Assembly (NCBI GenBank): GCA_030747395.1
Contig: JASLKT010000003.1
Coordinates: 1-55,086, forward strand
From: Candidatus Thalassarchaeaceae archaeon
GTDB lineage: Archaea; Thermoplasmatota; Poseidoniia; Poseidoniales; Thalassarchaeaceae
DNA length: 55,086 nt
Direction: 5' to 3'
Numbering within the stretch: the first letter of the stretch is position 1; the number at the start of each line of letters is the position of its first letter. The translations under genes were made by a program, and so were the position numbers. The notes beneath the pieces are model-generated. The model was given only the letters and a program-made list of their open reading frames with translations, made no database searches and was not told the DNA's origin. Below are positions 18,465 through 30,427 of this stretch, one piece after another.

Positions 18465-19262
18465 TTACTCGTATTCTAGAACGCCCCAAGCAGTTCGCAA
18501 GTCAGTGATGTTAACCAGTCCTTGTTTGACCAATGAGTAATCCCTGTCAAGGGTCGTGTAAACCAACGCTTGTTCCAGAAGGGGAGCGTGGATTCTTGTC
18601 CAATCCCCACCTGGCCCATTACCCATGAGGGCAACCTTGGCGTCCCCTTCTTTGAGGGTGTGTGCGGCTTCAAAAATATGCAAACTCCTAGCGTGATCAA
18701 CATTCAGATAACAACATTTTATGATTGAGCCGGCATCAGAATTGGCATTGACGAATTCAACGATTTCATCAGAGGATGATGCCGCTGGAAGATGACTTGA
18801 AGCAATGATTGAAGTTTCTTCACCACAGGCCTTAACCAGGGCCTTGCGGGCCTTTGAAGCAATGGATATCTCGAGGTCAACCCAAGTCACCCCACTAGCA
18901 ATGGCTGCATTCAGAATTGACATTCTGGCATCCTCATCACCGTGGAAGTGTCCGCCTTCTGAGGTCGATCGGCAAGCGAAAATTACAGGGATTTGGATTC
19001 CATCTTTAAGTCTCTGAATCGAGGGTTCTACTTCGATATCTTCGATGGGACGTTTCTCCATGATTGGAGGTTGCTTTTCAACGGTCTCTTCGCCCTTTGC
19101 ATTCTTGGTGACAATGGGGTCAATTTCGATTCGGTTGACATAGAGATTATCGAATCGAACTTCGACGAGATCGGCACCCGCTGCTGTCGCTCTGCTAGCA
19201 TCACGAATCATGTCCCCTACGCTGTGACCACGCAAGGATACGCAGATTTCGGTATCGGTCAT
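18465..19262 (-). CDS. aroD: 3-dehydroquinate dehydratase, type I
   Basis: ICVSLRGHS...AGADLVEVRFD N-terminal signature and a TIM-barrel-sized protein carrying an acidic insert. Confidence 0.7.
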   Translation of the reverse strand: MTDTEICVSLRGHSVGDMIRDASRATAAGADLVEVRFDNLYVNRIEIDPIVTKNAKGEETVEKQPPIMEKRPIEDIEVEPSIQRLKDGIQIPVIFACRSTSEGGHFHGDEDARMSILNAAIASGVTWVDLEISIASKARKALVKACGEETSIIASSHLPAASSSDEIVEFVNANSDAGSIIKCCYLNVDHARSLHIFEAAHTLKEGDAKVALMGNGPGGDWTRIHAPLLEQALVYTTLDRDYSLVKQGLVNITDLRTAWGVLEYE

Positions 19263-19429
19263 CGACGCGGGGACTCACACCCCCTGTTTAATCATATTGC
19301 GACCACATTCGCACATGGACTTGTCAAAATTTTCCATCTCGAGATATTTCCAGTTTGTAGACATGTGTTTACAGCCCTGCTTTGGGATGAAAAAATAGAG
19401 TCGGAAAGGGTGTTTTCCAGATAGAATAA

Positions 19430-21517
<2,088 letters not shown>

Positions 21518-21526
21518 GGTGATTGA

Positions 21527-24307
21527 ATGAGTGATGAGGAATTATCTGCAAACCCGACCGATAGCCAGGTCCGACACACTGTCGATCAAGAAATGCAAAC
21601 ATCGTACATTAACTATGCAATGTCTGTGATTATTGGGCGGGCACTACCCGAAGTTAGAGACGGGTTGAAGCCGGTTCATCGCCGCGTATTGTTTGGCATG
21701 TATGAGGCAGGACACACATCTGACCGTTCATACTCCAAATCCGCCCGGTCCGTGGGTGAAGTCATGGGTAAATTCCACCCTCATGGTGACCAATCAATCT
21801 ATGATACAATGGTTCGAATGGCCCAAGATTTTAGCTTGCGATATCCACTGATAGATGGTCAAGGAAATTTTGGAAGCATCGATGGGGATAAGGCCGCCGC
21901 AATGCGCTATACCGAAAGTCGACTCGATCGATTGTCCAAGCATATGTTGGATGATATCAAGAAAGACACGGTTGATTTCCAACCAAACTTTGATGATTCA
22001 GAACAAGAGCCTCAGGTTTTGCCTGCTCGATTACCAAACTTACTCCTCAATGGAAGTGATGGTATTGCTGTTGGTATGGCCACAAAAATTCCACCTCATA
22101 ACCTCACAGAAGTGGCTTCTGCTGTTCACCTACATGTCGAACGAATCTTAGAGGATGGTGAAGAAAATGGAGATCCTGAAACACCCCCAACAATCGACAT
22201 GGGCGAATATATGCAACACATGAAGGGACCAGATTTCCCTACGGGTGCAACCGTCCACGGCATTGATGGAATACGCGACATGTATGAAACTGGACATGGC
22301 AAATTCCACATCCGTGCTGAGTGTGAAGTGTATGATGACCATAATGGGAAGAAAATTGTTGTCACAGAAATCCCATACCAGGTGAAGAAGGATGGGATGC
22401 TTGTAGGAATCGCCGAACTGGTGAGCAAGGAAACCGTCAAGGGGATTCGAGATATTCGCGATGAGTCAAGCAAGGAAGGCATCCGTGTTGTCATTGAAGT
22501 CAAACAAAATGCGGACCCGCATGCTGTGCTAAATCAGTTGTATCGCTCCAGTCGGCTTCAAGAATCATACTCTGCCAATATGATGGGAATTATCAACCGA
22601 CAACCCGTTCAACTGACACTCCCTGTCATACTACATGCTTACGTTCGGCATCGGGAAGAGGTCATTCGACGACGTACACAATTTGACCTTGCAAAGGCAG
22701 AAGCACGCGCACATGTTCTCGAAGGGCTTGTGAAAGCACAAGCACGGATTGATGATGTTGTCGTTGTTGGCAAAGGTGCTGAAAGTCGAGAGCACTTTGA
22801 AAAGATTCTTCGTGGTGAAGAAATATTTGGAAAAATTGCTGCTTTTGACTTCTCAGAACCACAAGCCAAAGCGATTGCCGAGCGTCGTCTGTATCAACTT
22901 TCAAAGATGGACACCAAGAAGGTCGACGATGAATTCAATGAACTCAAGATTGCCATCGCTGAATACAACGCAATCCTAAGCAGTCGGAATCGTCAACTGG
23001 AAATCCTGTTGAACGAATTGGATGAAATGGTTGAGAAACATGGTGATGAACGTAGAACAAATATCGACCCAATGCCACTTTCAATGGATAGAGAAGATCT
23101 TGTCGAAGAAAGAGCAATCGTCATCTCTCTATCTGAAGACAATTACATCCGCTACCTACCCGTTGAGGCGTTCCGAGTGCAAAACCGGGGCGGCAAGGGC
23201 CTGAAAGGTGTCACCACGAAGGATGAAGATTTCCCGAAATCAATCCTCACATGTTTCAGTAAGGATCGCCTCCTGATTTTCACAGATCAAGGTCGAGTCT
23301 ACGGGCTAAAGGCCTGGGAAACGCCACAAGGAAGTCGCCACAGTCGCGGAAGCCACATCCGAAACCTAATCGAAAGATTACGAGAGGATGAAAAAGTTGT
23401 CACGATTCTACCTATTTCCAAGGAATTACAGGAAAATCCAGATGGTCATTATCTTATCTTTGCGACTCACGAAGGTATCGTGAAACGCTCAAAACTAGGA
23501 GAATATGTTCGAATTAATCGGAATGGGAAGTATGCATTGAAATTCAAGTCCGAAGCAGATACACTGGTTGCAGTTCGTGAAGCAACGGACGAAGATCATA
23601 TTGTTCTCGTCTCAAAGAATGGGCGTGCTTGCAGATTCAAACCGAGCGAAACAAAGGAACTGAAAGATGGATCGATCGGCTTCACTGTCAAGGTCCAAGG
23701 TCGAGTTACGGCAGGCGTGAGAGGAATGAATCTCAAAGAAGGTGATTCAGTCGTTGGTATGATTGCAACATCCAATGAAGATACGCACGTCCTCACACTT
23801 TCGAAGTTTGGTATGGCAAAGCGAAGCCGACTCGGTGATGGTGAAATGCACGAATATCTCGAAAATGGAAAACCCGTTTTCGACGAAAAGACTGGGAAAA
23901 ACAAACTCTACCGTGATGGGTATCGCAAGACGAACAGAGGAGCTGGTGGCGTTGCTACCATGAAACTCGATGAGGAACATGGTGATGAAATTGTACGCGT
24001 GCACACGATTCCGGATCTTGGCGACCAACTTTTCCTCCTGACTGGAAAAGGTATGATGATTCGGGTGAGGGGGGACCAAACAAAGGAAACCACTGGCAAA
24101 TCCACGAAAGGTACGCGCGTCATGGAACTAAGGAACAAAGACAAAGATGGATTTGTTGATGAGATTATTTTCTCCGCTAGGCTACCAGCAGAACTGATTG
24201 ATGAAGATGACGAATTTGACACGATGGACACCAACCAAGATGGAGTCATTGATCGAGAAGAATTCGAAGCTGCAAAGCAAGAACTAGGTAGTGATGGAGA
24301 AGAGTGA
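21527..24307 (+). CDS. gyrA: DNA gyrase subunit A with an acidic C-terminal tail carrying an EF-hand-like loop
   Basis: INYAMSVIIGRALPEVRDGLKPVHRR, active-site region AAMRYTE, beta-pinwheel CTD repeats. GAGGTGA SD upstream. Confidence 0.97.
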   Translation: MSDEELSANPTDSQVRHTVDQEMQTSYINYAMSVIIGRALPEVRDGLKPVHRRVLFGMYEAGHTSDRSYSKSARSVGEVMGKFHPHGDQSIYDTMVRMAQDFSLRYPLIDGQGNFGSIDGDKAAAMRYTESRLDRLSKHMLDDIKKDTVDFQPNFDDSEQEPQVLPARLPNLLLNGSDGIAVGMATKIPPHNLTEVASAVHLHVERILEDGEENGDPETPPTIDMGEYMQHMKGPDFPTGATVHGIDGIRDMYETGHGKFHIRAECEVYDDHNGKKIVVTEIPYQVKKDGMLVGIAELVSKETVKGIRDIRDESSKEGIRVVIEVKQNADPHAVLNQLYRSSRLQESYSANMMGIINRQPVQLTLPVILHAYVRHREEVIRRRTQFDLAKAEARAHVLEGLVKAQARIDDVVVVGKGAESREHFEKILRGEEIFGKIAAFDFSEPQAKAIAERRLYQLSKMDTKKVDDEFNELKIAIAEYNAILSSRNRQLEILLNELDEMVEKHGDERRTNIDPMPLSMDREDLVEERAIVISLSEDNYIRYLPVEAFRVQNRGGKGLKGVTTKDEDFPKSILTCFSKDRLLIFTDQGRVYGLKAWETPQGSRHSRGSHIRNLIERLREDEKVVTILPISKELQENPDGHYLIFATHEGIVKRSKLGEYVRINRNGKYALKFKSEADTLVAVREATDEDHIVLVSKNGRACRFKPSETKELKDGSIGFTVKVQGRVTAGVRGMNLKEGDSVVGMIATSNEDTHVLTLSKFGMAKRSRLGDGEMHEYLENGKPVFDEKTGKNKLYRDGYRKTNRGAGGVATMKLDEEHGDEIVRVHTIPDLGDQLFLLTGKGMMIRVRGDQTKETTGKSTKGTRVMELRNKDKDGFVDEIIFSARLPAELIDEDDEFDTMDTNQDGVIDREEFEAAKQELGSDGEE

Positions 24308-24321
24308 ACAAACCACTCGCC

Positions 24322-24329
24322 TTAAATGA
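24322..24329 (+). promoter_or_regulatory. Candidate TATA box (TTAAATGA) for tRNA-Ser
   Basis: Centred about 27 nt upstream of the mature tRNA 5' end (24353), the canonical archaeal TATA-to-TSS spacing. Confidence 0.4.
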
Positions 24330-24352
24330 AAAATGCGGGTCGTGCGGCTGCT

Positions 24353-24439
24353 GCGACGTTCGCATAGCCTGGCCATCGCGCTGGATTGCTAATCCAGTGG
24401 GTTTTACCCTCGGGAGTTCAAATCTCCCACGTCGCGCCA
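24353..24439 (+). tRNA. tRNA-Ser (anticodon GCU), class II with long variable arm, CCA encoded
   Basis: Acceptor GCGACGT/ACGTCGC. Anticodon arm CTGGA-TTGCTAA-TCCAG. Variable arm GGGTTTTACCC. T arm GGGAG-TTCAAAT-CTCCC. Discriminator G plus CCA. The D arm is less canonical by eye. Confidence 0.8.
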
Positions 24440-27400
24440 TCAATCGAAGAAGTCTTCGAGTTCGTCTGCAAATTCATCTGCATCTGAAAATCGACTAGCA
24501 CGTGCTCGCTTTCGCTTGAGTTTGACCCTCTGTTCTTTGAACTTGTTAACCAGCATTGGAACCATTAGAATGTTCATCACGCTCAATGCAATGCAAATGA
24601 TTCCAGCCTGTTGGAACGCACCGGATTTCAGATCATTCTGAAGCCGACCATCCCACGGATAGGTGCAGGACCCATCCTCAATCAGGGCATCAGGGTCGTA
24701 ATTCTCTGCCGTGTTGTCCCTACAACCTTCAATGGGAGGCTGATTGTAAGGATATTCCCAGAACATATCATTCACTTCAACTTCGACGGCATTGCTATCA
24801 CGAACGAGATAGTCACTGTTCTCAACCGCATCAAATGGAATGAGAACATAGTAGTAGAATTGCTCGACCTTGATTGACTCGCGCAGTCCACTTTCTGTTT
24901 CATTGTACCAAGCGGTTTCTCCAGGGTTGCCTTCCAATCCAATCTCTAGAGGCTCCATGAATGTGACACTGGGAAGTACAACTTGGGAACGATAGAGGTT
25001 CCAAGTGAGGGGGCCTTCATCATCAATTTCAGGCCATGTCCAACTTACGTGAACCGAATGTCGCTTGGAATTATTATCAAATAACACCACAGCATCCATG
25101 TTTCCGACAGTGGTCTCCGGATCGGAATTATCAACACAAGCTTCAGAGACAATCATGCGCTGTTCGGTTGGATCCCATACACCATTGGATACATTTCCAA
25201 ACCGCCAATCAACCAAACCAGCACGCGAATGGGACATCACAAGATAAGACAAGCAAGTTCCTTCCTCCCAGAAGTTGGGGTCCTGCCATGATTCACTGTC
25301 CGCAGACACGTCAGTGATGGCGTACCCACCCGTTGATCCACTGAAATGGCTTGCAGAATCATAGGGGAAAATGAAGCGGAAGCTGTCCTTTCTGAAAATT
25401 CTCCAACCTCCGAAATATGGGTTTTCATGATCACCTTCATTATCCCAAGAAAGTTTTACTTGGCCGTCTTGTTGTAGAACCATTGTTAGATTTGCAGGAT
25501 TCACTTCGACTGGATTTAGTTCACCGATAATCATGAATGAACCACCGTTATCCTGAGTTGCCATTAAGTGAAGTGAACCATTGTTGATTACTGTATAACT
25601 TTCGCTACCGGTCAATTCAGTTGTTACAGTGCCGTCCCAATCTGTTAAGCGCACCAACTCCACGGTCGACTGATTGATTGCTGGAGGAAGGAATTGGTTC
25701 AAATCAAGCCAAGCTTCCATACTATCTACGTTGATGGCAACACCATACGGTGAAGTCATTGTCAGGTTGAACATTGCCAAAGGTTCCTTGCCTTTGTTAT
25801 ATGCAGATGGATAGAATACTCCTGGCGGTGGTAATTGGGGCTCATCAAAGGTGAGTTCCATCGAATATGTGGAAATTGCAACACCGCCTGTGACATGAGG
25901 CATTGACTGAAGTTCTACACGGTTAAGGATTCGAACGGGTTGGGTTGCGATTTCTAGGTTCCCGACCTCATCAGTGACATAGAGAGTCAGGACCCATTCG
26001 CCCATAGGCAATGTGATATTGGTGACTGCCCCATAGCCCAATATCTCCATGAAATTCATTCTCCACGTGTAATTCAGTGGCATCGGCGCCTGCGGATCGA
26101 CAGCAGCGACTGCGAGAATGTTCTGCCCAGTTTCATACACAGCAGAGGGGGTTGGGTTTGCAATGGTTGGATTGATAGCGCCAAAATCAATGATAATGCC
26201 CATCTCAAACCAATTGTCACTAGGTAGTGAATCAATATGGCCATCAGTGGTTGTAATCGAAGCATTGAGGGTGTAAAGGCCGGTAGATGCGAAATCGAAA
26301 TCACAACTGATTTCTTCGCCTGGTGTTAATGTCATATCACAAGTGTAGGGACCTGATGCGAATTCGTTTGTAACCAAATTGTAAAGATTCACTTCAACCC
26401 GAGACGCTGCCGTCACCCATCCAATATTCCCCGAAACAACTCGAATCGATTGCTCACCATATGGGAACCGAACAAGATATTCGCCCCCTTGCAACACATA
26501 CGAGGTAGTGCCTCTGGCAGGTACAACCTCGCGAATCCACAAGTCAGTGGTGTCATTGACTGTGAGTTCGAAAAATATCAGGTCATTGTGTGTATTTGGA
26601 TCCAAAAATGTCCCATTCACCCACGAACGAACTTCAAAAACACCGGCAAAGGGAGCCACGATGTCTGGCAGTGGGATACTTGCTGAACCAAATGTGCCGC
26701 TATACCCCCCCACTTCATGGCTATCTTCTGCAACTTGAATTTCAAAAACAGTCATTGTTACAGTGAAGCAAATCGTACCATTTTGAATATCAGTGTTGTA
26801 TTGTTGATTTTGAACAGTGGCATCGCCGGTGAATCCCCAGTATTCTGTGTAAATTTCACTTCCGTTGTGTGTAGCCGTAATTTGCACGGTGTGATCCACA
26901 CCATACTCAGAACCTGATACGGCGATATTCCCTAGAATTTTTGTGGAGGTGTTGCTAATGCCCACTTGGATATCAAACGGTGAATGATACGCACTGGATA
27001 CTGTGTCGTAATGAGTTGCGGTGTGAATAATCAATTCACCTGAACCGTCTTGATCTGGCAAGCCAGTGAAATTTAGGTCCCAATCTACACAATCCTCTGA
27101 TTCAGCCACCAATGGGTTGACCAAATGCATTGACCAATGGGTCGAGAAATTTTGAGTTGCGGGCCAAGAACGGCTACGGATGTCAAGATTTGCAGGGATG
27201 GGCGTATTGCTATTGTAAACCTCTGAAGTGTCTACATCGTGGCCATTGGCAATTAAATCAATCAAATCATCCTCAATTGTAATCGTATATCGGATGTGAT
27301 CATTGATTGGGTTGTTATCTTCAACTGCAAAATGGAACATCACGGTGAATACACCGGAATATGTTGAGATATCGGCGCTATCAACGAACCATAAGAATGA

Positions 27401-27793
27401 CCAAAAGGACACAATCGCGGAATCCCCATCCACCCCAGAACGATTGAGGTTGGGGGACTGTGCTGAACCTTCCTTGACCATATGTGCGGCTGGACAGTTT
27501 GCCAATTCAACCCAATCACCACCACAAATTTCTAAATCGATTGTGCGTGCATCAGCATTGAAACTATATTGGTTTTTGACTAAAACCGAGGGGGTCCAGT
27601 CAATGAGATCGTTTGTGTCAAAATGAATTTCGGGCATTGGTTCAATCGCAGAAACAATGGCCACATCATCGCTGGCAATACTGGCTTGAACAGGGCCCAA
27701 AAATGCCATGAAAGAACTCAAAATCATGAGCAAAACTATGCCGCTAGCACGGTGTTGATTCCGCGCCCGTAGGGCGCGTTGCACTGAACCCAT
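24440..27793 (-). CDS. Giant secreted surface protein with C-terminal TM anchor and charged cytoplasmic tail (1117 aa)
   Basis: Signal peptide ...FMAFLGPVQA/SI. Long beta-rich, N-x-T/S-rich ectodomain. TM GIICIALSVMNILMVPML followed by KFKEQRVKLKRKRARAS and an acidic end. No catalytic motif recognised. Confidence 0.8.
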   Translation of the reverse strand: MGSVQRALRARNQHRASGIVLLMILSSFMAFLGPVQASIASDDVAIVSAIEPMPEIHFDTNDLIDWTPSVLVKNQYSFNADARTIDLEICGGDWVELANCPAAHMVKEGSAQSPNLNRSGVDGDSAIVSFWSFLWFVDSADISTYSGVFTVMFHFAVEDNNPINDHIRYTITIEDDLIDLIANGHDVDTSEVYNSNTPIPANLDIRSRSWPATQNFSTHWSMHLVNPLVAESEDCVDWDLNFTGLPDQDGSGELIIHTATHYDTVSSAYHSPFDIQVGISNTSTKILGNIAVSGSEYGVDHTVQITATHNGSEIYTEYWGFTGDATVQNQQYNTDIQNGTICFTVTMTVFEIQVAEDSHEVGGYSGTFGSASIPLPDIVAPFAGVFEVRSWVNGTFLDPNTHNDLIFFELTVNDTTDLWIREVVPARGTTSYVLQGGEYLVRFPYGEQSIRVVSGNIGWVTAASRVEVNLYNLVTNEFASGPYTCDMTLTPGEEISCDFDFASTGLYTLNASITTTDGHIDSLPSDNWFEMGIIIDFGAINPTIANPTPSAVYETGQNILAVAAVDPQAPMPLNYTWRMNFMEILGYGAVTNITLPMGEWVLTLYVTDEVGNLEIATQPVRILNRVELQSMPHVTGGVAISTYSMELTFDEPQLPPPGVFYPSAYNKGKEPLAMFNLTMTSPYGVAINVDSMEAWLDLNQFLPPAINQSTVELVRLTDWDGTVTTELTGSESYTVINNGSLHLMATQDNGGSFMIIGELNPVEVNPANLTMVLQQDGQVKLSWDNEGDHENPYFGGWRIFRKDSFRFIFPYDSASHFSGSTGGYAITDVSADSESWQDPNFWEEGTCLSYLVMSHSRAGLVDWRFGNVSNGVWDPTEQRMIVSEACVDNSDPETTVGNMDAVVLFDNNSKRHSVHVSWTWPEIDDEGPLTWNLYRSQVVLPSVTFMEPLEIGLEGNPGETAWYNETESGLRESIKVEQFYYYVLIPFDAVENSDYLVRDSNAVEVEVNDMFWEYPYNQPPIEGCRDNTAENYDPDALIEDGSCTYPWDGRLQNDLKSGAFQQAGIICIALSVMNILMVPMLVNKFKEQRVKLKRKRARASRFSDADEFADELEDFFD

Positions 27794-27915
27794 TGAAGCG
27801 ACGACTCCAAACGGCCCGTAAATACCCCTCGGCGAACCGATACAGTGTCAGAAGGATTGTGGCATGCAAAGGAATGGGCCACAGGGTTGATGGATGCGAC
27901 CTTTATGGCGACCTG

Positions 27916-28992
27916 ATGAGGCGAGATGGGGGGGCGGTCGCCAATGCACGAAAAGTGCATGATGAGAGTGGGGTTACTGCGGTCGTTGAATTCCTTTCTG
28001 CCTTCGTTTTATTTTTGGTGATTGTCAGCGCTTTTCTTGCACTCAGCCAGTTGAAACTTGGTAGCAATGTTGCCGATGTCGATCGACTTGATCAAATGGC
28101 CATTGATGGCCTTGAAAGATTCACAGATTCCAAGGGTCATGTCGTCTTGAGATATGATGGGATTCGAGACACGGCAAATGCAACCGATGATTGGCAAAAT
28201 TACGACGCCAGCACATTGCTAACAGCGGATTTGCTCCCAGCCATTGGAGATGGGAAAGGTCATTTGGATATGAATCGGATCTTGGCACTTGGAAATGTGA
28301 CTGAAGATCGGCTCATTCATGGCCTTGGAATCGATGAGGGATTAAGTCTGAATCTAACAATCATAGTCGTCCAGAGTTCTGATGAATCAAGCATTGGAGA
28401 AATCATATTCTCTGATGGGTCCGCGCGCTCAGGTGCAACGCGTGGTGCGACAGCCAGTCGGATTATGCATTTGGATGGCGATTCTGTGCGCGTGACTTTG
28501 GAAGTACACAACGCTGGCAGAGACCCATCAGGGCTACGAATTACAGAATTCATGGCGGATCCATTGAATGGGCCCCCTGAATGGATTGAATTGGAAAACC
28601 CGGATGGATTTGCAATGAATCTCTCAGGATGGAGCCTCTCACGGCCGGGGGCATTTGAGCTGATTCAAGATGGGGCCTTGGCTGCCGGAGGTAGAGTCAT
28701 TTGTACGGGCAACGCAATTACACAGTACAATCCAAACAATGCGATGATGATTGACATGGGTTCTACAGGTGTTCTCGGAACGGGGACGATTGATGCATTG
28801 ACTGTGGAAGGCGACACTATCACACTTGGTTGGACTCGTCCGGGTACTGTTCTCACGCATGACGTAATTGTAGTGAATTGGGATGGTTCATGGGACATCC
28901 AGGCCAACCATTCGATGACATACAACTTGGGCGGTTCACCGAGTAGTTCAACGAATTGGACTGCAGTGGACGGCGGTACCCCCGGTTGGTGA
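27916..28992 (+). CDS. Pilin-like (class III signal peptide) protein with C-terminal lamin-tail domain (LTD)
   Basis: MRRDGGAVANARKVHDESG/VTAVVEFLSAFVLFLVIVSAFLAL resembles archaeal prepilin N-termini. LRITEFMADPLNGPPEWIELENPDGFAMNLSGWSL is the LTD signature. Start moved to ATG 27916 (ORF track 27793). Confidence 0.6.
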   Translation: MRRDGGAVANARKVHDESGVTAVVEFLSAFVLFLVIVSAFLALSQLKLGSNVADVDRLDQMAIDGLERFTDSKGHVVLRYDGIRDTANATDDWQNYDASTLLTADLLPAIGDGKGHLDMNRILALGNVTEDRLIHGLGIDEGLSLNLTIIVVQSSDESSIGEIIFSDGSARSGATRGATASRIMHLDGDSVRVTLEVHNAGRDPSGLRITEFMADPLNGPPEWIELENPDGFAMNLSGWSLSRPGAFELIQDGALAAGGRVICTGNAITQYNPNNAMMIDMGSTGVLGTGTIDALTVEGDTITLGWTRPGTVLTHDVIVVNWDGSWDIQANHSMTYNLGGSPSSSTNWTAVDGGTPGW

Positions 28993-29072
28993 AGAAACTC
29001 GTTAGGCAGGCCATTTCGGCACTGTTGAGTCAATCGGCTTATCTACGGCCTGTTGAATCGCGCACCGTTCCC

Positions 29073-29834
29073 ATGATGCCGACCCCGCAGTACGAGCGTG
29101 ACAGGTGTGTCACAGGAATACCGGGCTTGGATGAGATTTTGCGTGGTGGAATCCCTTACGGTTCGACTGTTCTTGTCGCTGGAACCTGTGGTTCAGGTAA
29201 GACGACAATGTGCATGGAATTCCTTGTAAATGGAGCAAACAATGGAGAGGCTTGTGCCCATTTTTCTGCCACAGAACCCTCTGTAAAACTTCTTGAGAAC
29301 GTCCGACAGTTCGACTTTTTCGAAATGCGATTGGTCGATCAAGGTTTGATCAACGTCTTCGACATGGATGTTCTGTTCTCATGGCTGGGAATGACCAAGT
29401 CCACGTTTGAATTATCAGATATTGATGCCATGGTCAAATCGATTACAGATATTGTCAATACGATTGGTGTGACGCGATTGGTGATTGATTCCGTCACAAC
29501 ATTGTGCTACAAAATTCCAAGTGAACAATTGATACGGGACTTCTTGTTCAAACTAGGAAAGGCTCTTGCAACACTCGGTTGCACTGCACTACTGGTCTCA
29601 GAAATCACATCTTCAGGCGCCAAAGCATACTGGTCCTCATTCGGAGTGGAAGAAGCTATTCTCGATGGGATCATTGTTCTTGGAGATGTAGAACGAATGG
29701 GTCACCTCCTACGCTTTGTCCAAGTTGTCAAAATGAGAGGGACGTCTCACGCACGCGCGAAGTATGCTCTAGAATTGACACCAAAAGGCGTCATGCTAAC
29801 ACCGATGTTGAAGTGGGGTGCTGTGAATGATTGA
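29073..29834 (+). CDS. KaiC/RadA-like RecA-superfamily ATPase (single domain, intact motifs; ArlH-like size)
   Basis: VTGIPGLDEILRGGIPYGSTVLVAGTCGSGKTT (Walker A), RLVIDSV (Walker B), VVKMRGTSH. Start moved to ATG 29073. Confidence 0.8.
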   Translation: MMPTPQYERDRCVTGIPGLDEILRGGIPYGSTVLVAGTCGSGKTTMCMEFLVNGANNGEACAHFSATEPSVKLLENVRQFDFFEMRLVDQGLINVFDMDVLFSWLGMTKSTFELSDIDAMVKSITDIVNTIGVTRLVIDSVTTLCYKIPSEQLIRDFLFKLGKALATLGCTALLVSEITSSGAKAYWSSFGVEEAILDGIIVLGDVERMGHLLRFVQVVKMRGTSHARAKYALELTPKGVMLTPMLKWGAVND

Positions 29835-30414
29835 GTTAGATACTGGGATTGCACAGCAATTGGCTGAAGAAGCCACACCCGCATCTGCCATTCAAGTGCG
29901 TGTGGGTACAAGTAATTCAGAACTGATTATTGCCTCGATATTGCAACCTCTAATCCAGGGTTTTGAAATGAGAGGTGTTTACATTTGTGCATCTCGCAGT
30001 GCGGCTGAAATTATCCAAAATCTAGAACTGATTGGGATTGACCCAAGTGGAATTCAGTTCATCGATACGGTGTCCAGTGGTTTCATCGGAGGCACTGAAG
30101 TCCCATATCCGAATATTCGCTTTGTAGACAGTCCCATCATGCTAGAATCAATTATGTTGCAGACATTGTACCATCTGAGCGAATACACTGAAACTGGAAA
30201 CTTTGTTCTTCTAGATTCGGTGAATGCTCTGTCGATTTACAATGAGAAGCGGATGTTGGCAGAATACCTCCACACATTCATCAACACATTCCGCGCGCGA
30301 GAGGTTCTGACGGCTATTGTCAACGTTCCTGATCAGACGCCGCCTGGTGTCTTGGCAAATTTGGATTTGTATTGTACTGACCTTATCGACCGGGGACAGG
30401 TCGTCATTCATTGA
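29827..30414 (+). CDS. Degenerate KaiC/RecA-fold paralog lacking a P-loop
   Basis: Overlaps the upstream stop by 8 nt. Retains the strand-helix pattern and a Walker-B-like FVLLDSVNAL, but has no GxxGxGK[ST]. Confidence 0.5.
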   Translation: MIELDTGIAQQLAEEATPASAIQVRVGTSNSELIIASILQPLIQGFEMRGVYICASRSAAEIIQNLELIGIDPSGIQFIDTVSSGFIGGTEVPYPNIRFVDSPIMLESIMLQTLYHLSEYTETGNFVLLDSVNALSIYNEKRMLAEYLHTFINTFRAREVLTAIVNVPDQTPPGVLANLDLYCTDLIDRGQVVIH

Positions 30415-30427
30415 GAGGTGTTGATAC

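Noticed and set aside
22126-22503. 125-aa antisense ORF within gyrA, and many similar 60-160-aa ORFs inside the giant genes (for example 2295-2786, 2433-2906, 3194-3652, 39548-39917)
   Set aside because: All lie fully inside strongly supported long genes. They show shadow-frame composition and have no independent start signals.
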